Positions 50,325-59,617 of a stretch of DNA of 64,000 bases are shown here, in pieces. The notes beneath the pieces were generated by a model that did not search any database, was not told the DNA's origin, and worked only from the letters and a program-made list of their open reading frames with translations. Both the position numbers and the translations under genes were made by a program. The stretch is from contig JABCTZ010000036.1 in the NCBI GenBank assembly GCA_018238155.1, positions 96,001 through 160,000 on the forward strand, written 5' to 3'. Each line of letters opens with the position of its first letter. Position 1 is the stretch's first letter. The DNA comes from Candidatus Heimdallarchaeota archaeon. Lineage in GTDB: Archaea > Asgardarchaeota > Heimdallarchaeia > JABLTI01.

Positions 50325-51104
50325 CTATTGCTTACCTTTTCTGAAGCTAACTAATTCCGGTTGAACAAAATTCAATGCTTTTTCGAATCTCTTCTTATCC
50401 CTTTTCATTCCAAGAAATTTAGTTATTTGTTTAATAGTTTTCTCAGATTTGTTAAGTAAATCATCAAAAGTAATTATTAGGCATTTCTTATTTTCAGTAA
50501 CCTTATCCATTTTTGAGTATGAGCTGGTTATTAGTTGTTCGAGGAATTTTTTGTTTTCTAATAATCTTCCATTTGCAAAATAATTTGCTAATAATCTTAT
50601 GACCAAATATGTTCGATAAATATGGTTATCGAAGAGGCTTAGCTCATGATTGAATGATGAATAGAAATTAGTTTGAACGCTGATTTTCATAATTGAATTT
50701 GCAATTTGTTTCACATCTCTCTTTAGAATTATGTAATGTGGATTTTCAAGCAAACTATCAATATAATATATTATGTGAAATGATGATGGATCTTTCCAAC
50801 CCCAATATGGTTCTTTTCTATTTCTAGCAATTGTTTCCAGAGTTAGTTCCCAGTTTTTCTCAACTGCTTGTTTAATTTTAGATTCTGAAGGATAATCAAA
50901 ATAGATTCCTGAAGAACCTGCATCATATAAAATTCTATGACTTAATTTTAAAAAATCTTGATTTTCAAAACAACCATACTTGTTAACATGTTGCCCTTTT
51001 ATCAGATCACTTTTCTTTCCCATGTACACTCCTAAATAATGTAAAATACCAGAGAGCACGGTAGACCCTGATCGCAACAAACATAATGGTATAACTGTTT
51101 TCAT
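50325..51104 (-). CDS. Sulfotransferase-family (P-loop) protein
   Basis: LRSGST (PAPS 5'-PSB-like loop), GCFEN, WGWKDP, TFDDLL. Confidence 0.75.
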   Translation of the reverse strand: MKTVIPLCLLRSGSTVLSGILHYLGVYMGKKSDLIKGQHVNKYGCFENQDFLKLSHRILYDAGSSGIYFDYPSESKIKQAVEKNWELTLETIARNRKEPYWGWKDPSSFHIIYYIDSLLENPHYIILKRDVKQIANSIMKISVQTNFYSSFNHELSLFDNHIYRTYLVIRLLANYFANGRLLENKKFLEQLITSSYSKMDKVTENKKCLIITFDDLLNKSEKTIKQITKFLGMKRDKKRFEKALNFVQPELVSFRKGKQ

Positions 51105-51108
51105 TTAG

Positions 51109-52872
51109 CTAGAACTTCCCTTTTATATTGACAAAATCGTCTTCAGAGTAGTTATTTATCTTACTAAAATTATGTATTTTCCATACGTTAATAATTTCAT
51201 CAAATGTTAATTCTTTGAGAATTTTACTTAATATTACTCTCATTAATACTTCCTTTGTATAAGGTCTCTTAGAATCTTGAAATGCAATTGCTTTTAATAA
51301 GTTCTTAGAAATTCTAGAATTAAGTGCAGTACAACCAAAAAGAGCTTCATCGTATGTTTCAAAACCGAGGTAATAACAAGTATCATCCAGCATAACAGGT
51401 TGATTGTTAATGGGACTAATTAAAGCGAAGATTGGTTCTTTATACATAGCACCAATGGCTATTTTGAATGGACGAAAGGCATATTCCCCAATACCAAAAA
51501 TTGAAAATGGAGCTTTGTTTTTATAGATAGAAGATTTTCTTTTGGTGAAGTATTCAATTTTTGAGTTCAGATAGTCCCAAATCTTCGGATATTTTGATTC
51601 AATGTATGCCGTATCTTCGTTCAACTTTTTGTGTGGAATGATTATTCTTCTTTTCGTTTCTATTATTTCAAATGTTCTCAAGTTTGATCCTTTTAACAAA
51701 GGATAGAGTAATTTCTGTTCGAAATCTAAAATTTCTCCTAATTTGTTCGTTAATTGATGATCTTTGTTAAAAGACAGCTCCAATACTTTCGAGCAATCAT
51801 GTTTTACTCCTTGTCGCCATACATGTTTTGATTTACCATCAAAAACGTTGACTTTTTTATACTTCTCAAAATCTGAGACAAATTTGTTATCTATCCAACC
51901 AAATTTTCTAATTAGAATTTCAGGTGCATCCAAATCATAAACCTTGCAATAGTGTGCTTCATTTGAAGCATTTAAATCAAAAATAAATAATGATGCATTG
52001 CAAGATTTCCCAAATTCTTTCGTAGCATCAATTTGATATTGTTGTAAATTGCTTATTTTCTTGTCAGAGGTTAGAAGGCTTTTTGTGATATTTCTTATTA
52101 CGGTGTTTTTACAGAGCAAAGCTACTTTACCTTCACAACTGGAGAAATTATCGATTATTTTTTGAATTATTGATTCAGCAATATCGAAATTGCTCTTTCC
52201 TGTTAAAGCTTCAAGCCCAACTAACTTCATCTTATTGCTTTTATTTGGAAGATTACTTGAATTCAGAGAGCTTAATTCAGCATTTGTGATCCACGGGGGA
52301 TTTCCAACTATCAGAATGGGTGTATGCTCTAGAGAACTAATTAGCTCCTTAAAATCGTGACTAAAAATATTATCTCTATGAACAAATATATCTAATTCTG
52401 GTATTGGTTCCTCTGTATATCTTTGTAAAAGAGAATTGATACCAAAATTCCAAATGCGCTCTTTTTGAATTTCTATTCCATAAACAGCTCCCGCATTTGG
52501 AAAATACTCCGATATTTGAAGAATAAAATTACCATCACCAAATGTTGGCTCAATGATGAGCCCAGGTTGGATGCCTGTCAATGTAATTAAATTCAATACT
52601 TTTTTCACTAAACTTGGTGGAGTTTGGATATCTGCCCATTCATTACTTTTAGGTATTATTTTTGAATTCTTGCCATGTGACTTCGTTAAGATTAGATGGC
52701 TCTTGAATTCAAGTAATTCTTCTTGAGAGCTGAAAAAATTAGTTATTCGTGTTAGACCTCTGAAGATTTCATTTGCTTTTTCGTAATTTGTTGATTTGTC
52801 AAAAAGTGATATAATAGTTGAAAAATATTTTCTTATATCCTCTTCATTCAAATTTACGAATTCTCCTGTCAT
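51109..52872 (-). CDS. N6-adenine/N4-cytosine DNA methyltransferase (gamma-type order, motif I then NPPW) with TaqI-like C-terminal TRD
   Basis: QTP, IEPTFGDGNF (motif I), GIEI, VGNPPW (motif IV), WRQGVKHD. Confidence 0.85.
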   Translation of the reverse strand: MTGEFVNLNEEDIRKYFSTIISLFDKSTNYEKANEIFRGLTRITNFFSSQEELLEFKSHLILTKSHGKNSKIIPKSNEWADIQTPPSLVKKVLNLITLTGIQPGLIIEPTFGDGNFILQISEYFPNAGAVYGIEIQKERIWNFGINSLLQRYTEEPIPELDIFVHRDNIFSHDFKELISSLEHTPILIVGNPPWITNAELSSLNSSNLPNKSNKMKLVGLEALTGKSNFDIAESIIQKIIDNFSSCEGKVALLCKNTVIRNITKSLLTSDKKISNLQQYQIDATKEFGKSCNASLFIFDLNASNEAHYCKVYDLDAPEILIRKFGWIDNKFVSDFEKYKKVNVFDGKSKHVWRQGVKHDCSKVLELSFNKDHQLTNKLGEILDFEQKLLYPLLKGSNLRTFEIIETKRRIIIPHKKLNEDTAYIESKYPKIWDYLNSKIEYFTKRKSSIYKNKAPFSIFGIGEYAFRPFKIAIGAMYKEPIFALISPINNQPVMLDDTCYYLGFETYDEALFGCTALNSRISKNLLKAIAFQDSKRPYTKEVLMRVILSKILKELTFDEIINVWKIHNFSKINNYSEDDFVNIKGKF

Positions 52873-53060
52873 TTCATTTACTAATGATTACATCACAAAT
52901 ACTTTATTATCAACATTTTCCTACACCTTCAAAAAATCTTTTTTGACGAAAAGGTAATATATAGATAGTACATTCAAAGTAACATGAACAAATTACTCTT
53001 TCGAGTATTTTTCTGAAAGATCAACAGGGTGAACGAACTTTCAGTTAACTGGTCTCTGAG

Positions 53061-53672
53061 TTGAATTTATTGATGAAAGATAGTGATACATATGATAAAT
53101 TATTTGCCGAATTAGGTAACCGCGATATAAAAGATCGCTCAAATGCAATTGATGTTTTAGCTTCAATGAAAAATGAAGAAATTATCACTCATTTGGTTTC
53201 TCTTCTCAGAGAAAATTCCTCACGAATTATACGTGAAGGTGCATGTAAGACTCTTGGAAAAATTGCTGATACACAAGCTACTGATCCTCTCATTTTAGCA
53301 CTCGATGATTCTGAAGAAAGTGTACGGTATCAAGCTGCAATTGCTTTGGGACAAATTGGTGATAGGAAGGCTGTCAATTCACTATTAAGAATTCTGAAAC
53401 AAAAAGACGATCCACTCGTTAGATCTGAAGCGGCAAAAGCACTCGGTTTAATTGGTGATCCTAGCGCTCTTAAAATACTTTTGAATATTCTCCGGAAAGA
53501 AGAAGATCGATTTCTTAAATATCATGTAGTAACTTCATTGGGACGTATTGGTGAACCAAAAGCTAAGAAAGCTCTTGAAAAAATAATCAAAGATGAATCT
53601 GATGATAGATTGATTTTGCGTTCAAGAGAAGCACTAGAAAAAATTACTGGCGGTAATATTGTAGCTGGATAA
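53061..53672 (+). CDS. HEAT (PBS-lyase-like) repeat protein
   Basis: VRYQAAIALGQIGD, VRSEAAKALGLIGD repeats. Confidence 0.9.
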   Translation: MNLLMKDSDTYDKLFAELGNRDIKDRSNAIDVLASMKNEEIITHLVSLLRENSSRIIREGACKTLGKIADTQATDPLILALDDSEESVRYQAAIALGQIGDRKAVNSLLRILKQKDDPLVRSEAAKALGLIGDPSALKILLNILRKEEDRFLKYHVVTSLGRIGEPKAKKALEKIIKDESDDRLILRSREALEKITGGNIVAG

Positions 53673-54106
53673 GAAAAAGAAACTAAATATTCCTTTTGCT
53701 CTATCTTCCCTTAAATTTCACAGTAAACATCTGTTGGATAAATTTTTTTACTGAAATCTAGGTTTTATTATATAACAGATATACTTCAGCTATATACTCC
53801 TGAGTTTGTACAAATATTGAAGTATCTGCCATAACCTAACTAGTATCTTCATTTATTACCATAATAATCCGTTCATTTAATCAAATACTGTTATTTATCT
53901 TCTTCTAATGTGAGAAAAGAACCATTAAACGAAAATTATTTCCTTTGTTGTTAATTTATAAACAAATTTATTGTCTTTTCTTCTCTTGCGTAAAAAACCA
54001 GAACTGTAATATATCTCCAAGTTATCTAAATCAATTATCTGGAAAATCAATATGGTTTCAAAATATCTAATAGGTTAGACTTTAGAATTTATTGGAATGA
54101 TTTATA

Positions 54107-54793
54107 GTGCCTTCAAATGTAGTATTAAGTTTAAAAGCAAAAACAAGACATGTTATGTTGGAACAAATTATTTTAGCAGAGTTTTCAAAAATAGCTATTT
54201 TAGAAATACGAGCAGATTTTTTGATAGCAAGTGAACTTACTTTTGAAGTCATGCAAATGATTCGAAAAGCTACCAGTAAACAAATTATTTTCACTCTCAG
54301 AAAAGAAAGTGAAGGAGGTTTTTGTTCTTTTTCTGATGCTGAACGATATGAATTCTATAAAAGCGCTATGGATCTTGGTTATGATTATATCGATGTGGAA
54401 TATTCTTCGAAAGATCTAGTACAAAAGTTATTTGAAGAAAAGCATTCCTCAAAGATCATTCTCTCATATCACAATTTTAGAGATACTAATCCTGTGGAAA
54501 TTACTAATACTTATCTTGATATGTGTTATCAGAAACCTGATGTAATAAAAATTGCTACAATGGCCAATAAAGAAACTGATAATGAAATTCTTCAAGAGTT
54601 ACTCAATGGGCACAAAATCAATTCTACAGATTTAACTTGTTTTTGTATTGGTGACCTTGGAAAGAAGAGTAGGATCTCTAATATGAAAAATAGTAATTCA
54701 TTAACATTTGTTGCAACAGAGAAAAGAAGAAAAACATTCCCCGGACAACTTACTTATGAAGAATTATTAAGAATAAAAGATGAACCGATTTAG
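54107..54793 (+). CDS. aroD: Type I 3-dehydroquinate dehydratase
   Basis: EIRAD, IFTLRKESEGG, YIDVE, SYHNF (catalytic His), IKIA (Schiff-base Lys), PGQL. Confidence 0.85.
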   Translation: MPSNVVLSLKAKTRHVMLEQIILAEFSKIAILEIRADFLIASELTFEVMQMIRKATSKQIIFTLRKESEGGFCSFSDAERYEFYKSAMDLGYDYIDVEYSSKDLVQKLFEEKHSSKIILSYHNFRDTNPVEITNTYLDMCYQKPDVIKIATMANKETDNEILQELLNGHKINSTDLTCFCIGDLGKKSRISNMKNSNSLTFVATEKRRKTFPGQLTYEELLRIKDEPI

Positions 54794-54902
54794 CATGCTT
54801 GAGTTAATAGTAATAAAATATATATGACTATTTGATTTTTGTATGGTTATTTTTTGACCTTTATTCTTTTTATTAGAATGTGTTTATATATAACCACATA
54901 CA

Positions 54903-54956
54903 TCCTAGATATAGGAGAATACTATAATATAGTAAATTACTCTCTAAAGAGTAATT
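54903..54956. promoter_or_regulatory. Three adjacent short inverted repeats upstream of the AbrB/receptor operon
   Basis: TCCTA-GATA-TAGGA (54903-54916), TACTAT-AAT-ATAGTA (54920-54934), AATTACTCT-CTAA-AGAGTAATT (54935-54956). Confidence 0.4.
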
Positions 54957-54984
54957 AGTAGAATAGCATTTCTTGGTGTTTTGA

Positions 54985-55350
54985 GTGAATGAAATTAATA
55001 ACTTTAACTCAATTTTAAAGTTAAGTGTAACTGAGAACCATAAACTGCTTTACATTAATTTACCAAAGGAGCTTATACAAACGCTGAATTTGACCGAAAA
55101 TGATTTACTTGAATATGATATTAGAGGTAAACAGTTCTATTGTCGGAAAAAAGGTTCAGAAGCAATGCTACGAAATACAAGTAACAATCTCTTTGCTGGT
55201 TTAAAAGTTGAACGAACTATAACACGGAATAATACTATTCTACGAACGAATCTTCCGAAAGAAGTAGCTCAACCATTAGCTATTACGAAAGGAGATGTGG
55301 TTGAAATCTCTTTAGAGAAGAAAGTAATAATCGGAAAAAAAATTTACTAA
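54985..55350 (+). CDS. Tandem AbrB/SpoVT (swapped-hairpin) domain protein
   Basis: Two INLPKE...LNL..ND.LE / TNLPKEVA..LAI.KGD.VE repeats. Confidence 0.75.
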   Translation: MNEINNFNSILKLSVTENHKLLYINLPKELIQTLNLTENDLLEYDIRGKQFYCRKKGSEAMLRNTSNNLFAGLKVERTITRNNTILRTNLPKEVAQPLAITKGDVVEISLEKKVIIGKKIY

Positions 55351-55377
55351 AAATGAATATTCACAGGAGAAAATAGA

Positions 55378-58077
55378 TTGCGAATACGAAACCGAATTAT
55401 GGTTACATTCATTGTTTTGTTGATTCTTCCATCGGTAGTAATGATTACTATTTCTAGTAGTCGAATAAGTTTACTATCAAAGGAGAATGCCAATGACTCA
55501 TCCGCTGCTCTTTTAAAGGAAGAGTTAGAACATCTTGATCGATTGTCTTCAGATGCGTCTCAGAAAATTAATGAGTTGTTTAACCAAATCGTTGCAGAAG
55601 TAACGATGCTTGACAATTATACAGAACGACTTTTCAATGGTGATATTCCCATTGATTCTTATCAATCATATTGGTGGGATTCAGCTTTAGAATTCTCAGA
55701 AACAGGACGAACAATACCTGGCATTGGGTATAATGCTGATTATGATTCTGACATCTCATTTGATACAAGTTGTTATTACATTCCAAGAGATAAACTCACT
55801 AATTTACCTGGATCTGACCCACACGCTTGGACACCAGAATTAAAAACTCTCTTGGATAATTCCTCAAATATGGATATTGTTTTTAAGAATCTTCACGAAG
55901 CAAATCCTAATTATATTTGGATTTACGCTGCTTTTGCTGATTCAGATTATTCTTTATTTAGAAATTATCCATATGATACGATGATTTGGACTCAAGAAGA
56001 TGAAGACGGTAATCCAGTTCCTGCTGCTGATGACTGGGACCCTCTTGAACAAGATTGGTATCAAAATGCTGCTTCTATCGCTGATAATAGAACGGCTTTC
56101 ACTGCTCCATATTTTGACCCCGTAGGATTGATTCTCTCAGTGGGACGTCCAGTGAGATTTACTAATGGAACTCTCTTTGGAGTAGTTAGTGTGGACATTA
56201 TGATTCAGACTATGCAACAAGATATTCTTGATCTTGATGTTAGCACAAATGGTTATGCTTTTCTTATTGATAGCAATGGTGATACTATTACACACCCTGA
56301 TTTAGTTGATGATTTTGTATCAATTGAAGAGTTAGAAATGTCTGATGCAACAAATAGTGAACAAACTGCTTTTACAACTATTATCAACGATATGAAGTCT
56401 GGAGAAGCTGATATTGCTGATTTCACAAAAAATGGCGATAAATGGTACATCTCTTATCAATCAATAGATGCTGCAGGTTATTCCTTAGCATTGATAGTTC
56501 CTGAAGCAGATATTGTAGAACCGATAGAAGAATTAAGAGCTGAAATCCTTCGAAGAAGTACAAATAACATACTAATTTCTGTTGGATTATTGATTCTTGC
56601 TCTAGCCTTGATTATTTTTGTTTCAGTAAGTGTTTCACGAAGAACAGTACAACCTATAGAAGATTTCATTGATTTAACTGAAAGAATTGCTAAAGGTGAT
56701 TTATCTCGAGACCTCGATGATGATGAAACGATTCCAAGAGAAATTCGTGGTTTGCATGAAGCGCTTGATGGGCTATTAACTGCCTTGCGATTTGGGAATT
56801 CGGACTATTATGGTGGAAATCTTGATTTAGCATACAACAACTATCTGAAAGCTCTCAAACTATTTGAAACAACTAAGGATGATGCCGGTATTGGTGTTTG
56901 TTTGAATAACCTTGGAAATGTTTATCGAGAATGGGGCGAAATGGATCAAGCCAAAGATTTCTATGCAAAAGCTATCACTGTTGCAGAAAAACTCAACGAT
57001 AAGGCCAGTTTAGCTTCAAGATACAATAATTTTGGTTTAACCTTATTAGATGTTGGTAACGTTGAAGAAGCACAAAAATATCTTGAAAAAGCATTAACTC
57101 TAAATGAGAGTTTAGGAAATATTCGTGGAAGAGTTCTTTGTTTGAATAATCTTGGTTTAGCACACTTTAAGAAAGGCTCAATAAAACTTGCATACGGTTT
57201 CTATGAAGATGCCTTAAAACTAGCCGAAGAAGATGATTTCCTAAGAGGAGCAGCACATAGTCAACTAAATCTTGCTGTTTTCTATCTAGAACAATTTGAT
57301 GTTCTAACCGCTAAAGAATACTTCAAGAAAGCCCTAGAAAGTTCTCAAATGGTAAATGACGTTCTCCTCGAAGAAGAAGTTTTACAACGATTCCAATTAA
57401 TTGAGAACGAACTCGGTGAAGATGCAACTGAAGAACAAATTAAGGATACATTGGCAAGATTGCGAGGTTCTGCTTCTCCACAAAAAACTGTGCAATATGT
57501 TCTTGACTACAGTGGTTCAATGAGTGGTTCACGTAGCAGAGCTTCAATTAGAGGTTCTCTTGACCTTCTAAAGACCGCTCTAAAAGACAAAGACACTGTT
57601 GGTATTATTACATTCTTTACTCAAAGTCACACTATTATGAACTTTACACAAGTAAGGAATAATCGTCAACACATTCAACAAACGTTTAAACGTTTAACTA
57701 GACCAAATGGCAATACTGCTATGTGGGATGCTATAATTGATGGCATTGAGAATTTGTCTCAAGTGGGTGGAACACAAAGATGGTTGGTGTTGTTAACAGA
57801 TGGAGAAGATAACTCCAGTAAAAAAACTGCTACTGATGTGAAGCGCATCATTAAGAAGTTGAAATATCAATTGAATTTAGTAATTATTAGTGTTGGAAAC
57901 ATCGGAAATGATGAATTGGAACTAATGGACTTTACTAAAACGCTTAATGGTACTTTCATCAAAGTTGATGATACTAAGAATGTTCACAAAGCAATTGAAA
58001 AAGCATTCAAGACCGTTGGACAATTGATGTCTCAAGCACAAGTATCAGTCGAAGGACTGGTATTGGATGATTTGTGA
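55378..58077 (+). CDS. Membrane receptor: TM-dCache_1-TM-HAMP-TPR-vWA
   Basis: TM1; dCache (DWY..A, TAPYFD, GVVSVDI, GYAFLIDSNG..ITHP); TM2; HAMP (QPI..F......IAKGDL...EI..L); TPRs (CLNNLG, YNNFG); vWA with full MIDAS (DYSGS, T in GNTA, TDG). CAGGAG RBS before TTG. Confidence 0.88.
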   Translation: MRIRNRIMVTFIVLLILPSVVMITISSSRISLLSKENANDSSAALLKEELEHLDRLSSDASQKINELFNQIVAEVTMLDNYTERLFNGDIPIDSYQSYWWDSALEFSETGRTIPGIGYNADYDSDISFDTSCYYIPRDKLTNLPGSDPHAWTPELKTLLDNSSNMDIVFKNLHEANPNYIWIYAAFADSDYSLFRNYPYDTMIWTQEDEDGNPVPAADDWDPLEQDWYQNAASIADNRTAFTAPYFDPVGLILSVGRPVRFTNGTLFGVVSVDIMIQTMQQDILDLDVSTNGYAFLIDSNGDTITHPDLVDDFVSIEELEMSDATNSEQTAFTTIINDMKSGEADIADFTKNGDKWYISYQSIDAAGYSLALIVPEADIVEPIEELRAEILRRSTNNILISVGLLILALALIIFVSVSVSRRTVQPIEDFIDLTERIAKGDLSRDLDDDETIPREIRGLHEALDGLLTALRFGNSDYYGGNLDLAYNNYLKALKLFETTKDDAGIGVCLNNLGNVYREWGEMDQAKDFYAKAITVAEKLNDKASLASRYNNFGLTLLDVGNVEEAQKYLEKALTLNESLGNIRGRVLCLNNLGLAHFKKGSIKLAYGFYEDALKLAEEDDFLRGAAHSQLNLAVFYLEQFDVLTAKEYFKKALESSQMVNDVLLEEEVLQRFQLIENELGEDATEEQIKDTLARLRGSASPQKTVQYVLDYSGSMSGSRSRASIRGSLDLLKTALKDKDTVGIITFFTQSHTIMNFTQVRNNRQHIQQTFKRLTRPNGNTAMWDAIIDGIENLSQVGGTQRWLVLLTDGEDNSSKKTATDVKRIIKKLKYQLNLVIISVGNIGNDELELMDFTKTLNGTFIKVDDTKNVHKAIEKAFKTVGQLMSQAQVSVEGLVLDDL

Positions 58078-58089
58078 GGTTGTGAAAAG

Positions 58090-59580
58090 ATGACTATAAC
58101 CGACTTTTTCAAAAGAAGAAGCATTAGAACAAATATAATGGTAAGCTTTTTCCTATTGTCCATCCTCTTCATGGGTGGAATTGGTGGTATCTCTCACCTA
58201 CTTGTACAACGATCTGGTGATCAAACGATTACAGACAGTACAGCCGCATTAGAGGAACAAATAACTGCAAACATTGCAATTACTGCAGAGAAAAATGCAG
58301 AAATCATCAACGAGAAACTTTCTAGTGCACAAGCAATGGTAGACTTTTTGGCAAGTGAATTGGAATATGTTTTCAGTGATGAAAATCGATATGGTGATCG
58401 CGATGTTTACTATGACCTTTGGTTTGATAATACAACTTCGTTACATTCAACACATTCACCCATTGATACTCATTGGGATAGTGATTATCAAGTAGATCTT
58501 AGCTGGGACTATTCAAGCTATTATTACTCCCACTCTGATGCCGCTGACTATGATACCTTGACACTAAAACAAAATCAAACTTTGGAAACAGTAGCAAATA
58601 TGGATTATGCATTCCAAAATGTTCATGATAATGCCCCCGATTTTAGATGGTTATACATTGTTCTGCCATTTGATGGAGCAGGAATTGATTTGTTTATCAA
58701 TTATCCAGGGAGTTGTGTTGCAGGAACAGATGCTGAAAGACTCGCTGAACCTTGGATTCCAAGCGAAACCGAAGATTGGTATACAGAAGTTCTTGCAGGT
58801 GATGGTGACATTGTTTTCACTGAGCCATATTTTGATCCAATTGATGGTATTCCTTTGATTACAATCGGACGTAGTGTAAGCTTCTCAAATGGTACATTAA
58901 TCGGTGTTATTTTTGGAGATATCTCGATTGAAACAATGGTTGACAAAATCTTAGCTGTTACAGTATTAGAGACTGGTTACGCTTCTTTAGTTACAAGTAG
59001 CGGCTCAGTTGTTGCCCATCCTGAATTGATAATTGAGGAAGGAGAAGATGAATACCCAGACATCTCTAATGTAGAGGCAAATAGTGACAGCACTTCTGCT
59101 CTCACAAGTGCCCAATTAACTGCAATCTTTTCCGGTGTTTCTGGACTACTACGTTATACACGAGATGCTCAAGAGAGATTTCTTGCTTATCATCCTGTTG
59201 GCAAAGGGAACTACATTAGCCTCATTATCTTGCCTGTTGATGAAGCATTAGCTGGCATTGAACCTGTTGAGGAAAGAATGACTGCTGCAGTTGCTAGTAC
59301 AACAACGATTATTTGGATAATTGCTGGAGCGAGTTTAGCTATTGGCATAGCTATTGGTTTAACTCTTACAGCCTATATCACTAAACCATTTAATCATCTG
59401 ATAGAGGTTGCTCGTTCTCTCTCAACAAGGAGAGCGCGAAGAGACATCATGGACGGACTTATGACAGCAATTGATCCTAAATTGCTTGAAAGCGAAGATG
59501 AATTAGGAGAACTTACTCGAGCATTCAAAGGAATGATAGATTCTGTTCAACAAGCGGAGCTAGAGAAGAATGATGATTAA
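58090..59580 (+). CDS. Membrane sensor: TM-dCache_1-TM-HAMP with no output domain
   Basis: Paralogous dCache (DWY, TEPYFD, GVIFGDI, GYASLV...VVAHP), TM2, HAMP (KPF..L, DELGELTRAF..M), then stop. Confidence 0.85.
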   Translation: MTITDFFKRRSIRTNIMVSFFLLSILFMGGIGGISHLLVQRSGDQTITDSTAALEEQITANIAITAEKNAEIINEKLSSAQAMVDFLASELEYVFSDENRYGDRDVYYDLWFDNTTSLHSTHSPIDTHWDSDYQVDLSWDYSSYYYSHSDAADYDTLTLKQNQTLETVANMDYAFQNVHDNAPDFRWLYIVLPFDGAGIDLFINYPGSCVAGTDAERLAEPWIPSETEDWYTEVLAGDGDIVFTEPYFDPIDGIPLITIGRSVSFSNGTLIGVIFGDISIETMVDKILAVTVLETGYASLVTSSGSVVAHPELIIEEGEDEYPDISNVEANSDSTSALTSAQLTAIFSGVSGLLRYTRDAQERFLAYHPVGKGNYISLIILPVDEALAGIEPVEERMTAAVASTTTIIWIIAGASLAIGIAIGLTLTAYITKPFNHLIEVARSLSTRRARRDIMDGLMTAIDPKLLESEDELGELTRAFKGMIDSVQQAELEKNDD

Positions 59581-59617
59581 TTCTTCTCTCTCTTTATCTT
59601 TTTTGGAGTAAAATTAA

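Noticed and set aside
51109-52872. Complete restriction-modification system or mobile defence island
   Set aside because: No endonuclease, integrase, transposase or flanking repeats seen
53925-54050. 41-aa minus-strand ORF with wHTH-wing-like GFLRKRRKDNKFVYKLTTK
   Set aside because: Too short, TTG start and no recognisable HTH helices. At most a relic, and not supportable.
55378-58077. Calling the receptor a true alpha2delta ortholog
   Set aside because: The vWA is cytoplasmic and C-terminal after HAMP/TPR rather than inserted in the extracellular Cache domain, so only domain-level similarity is supportable.
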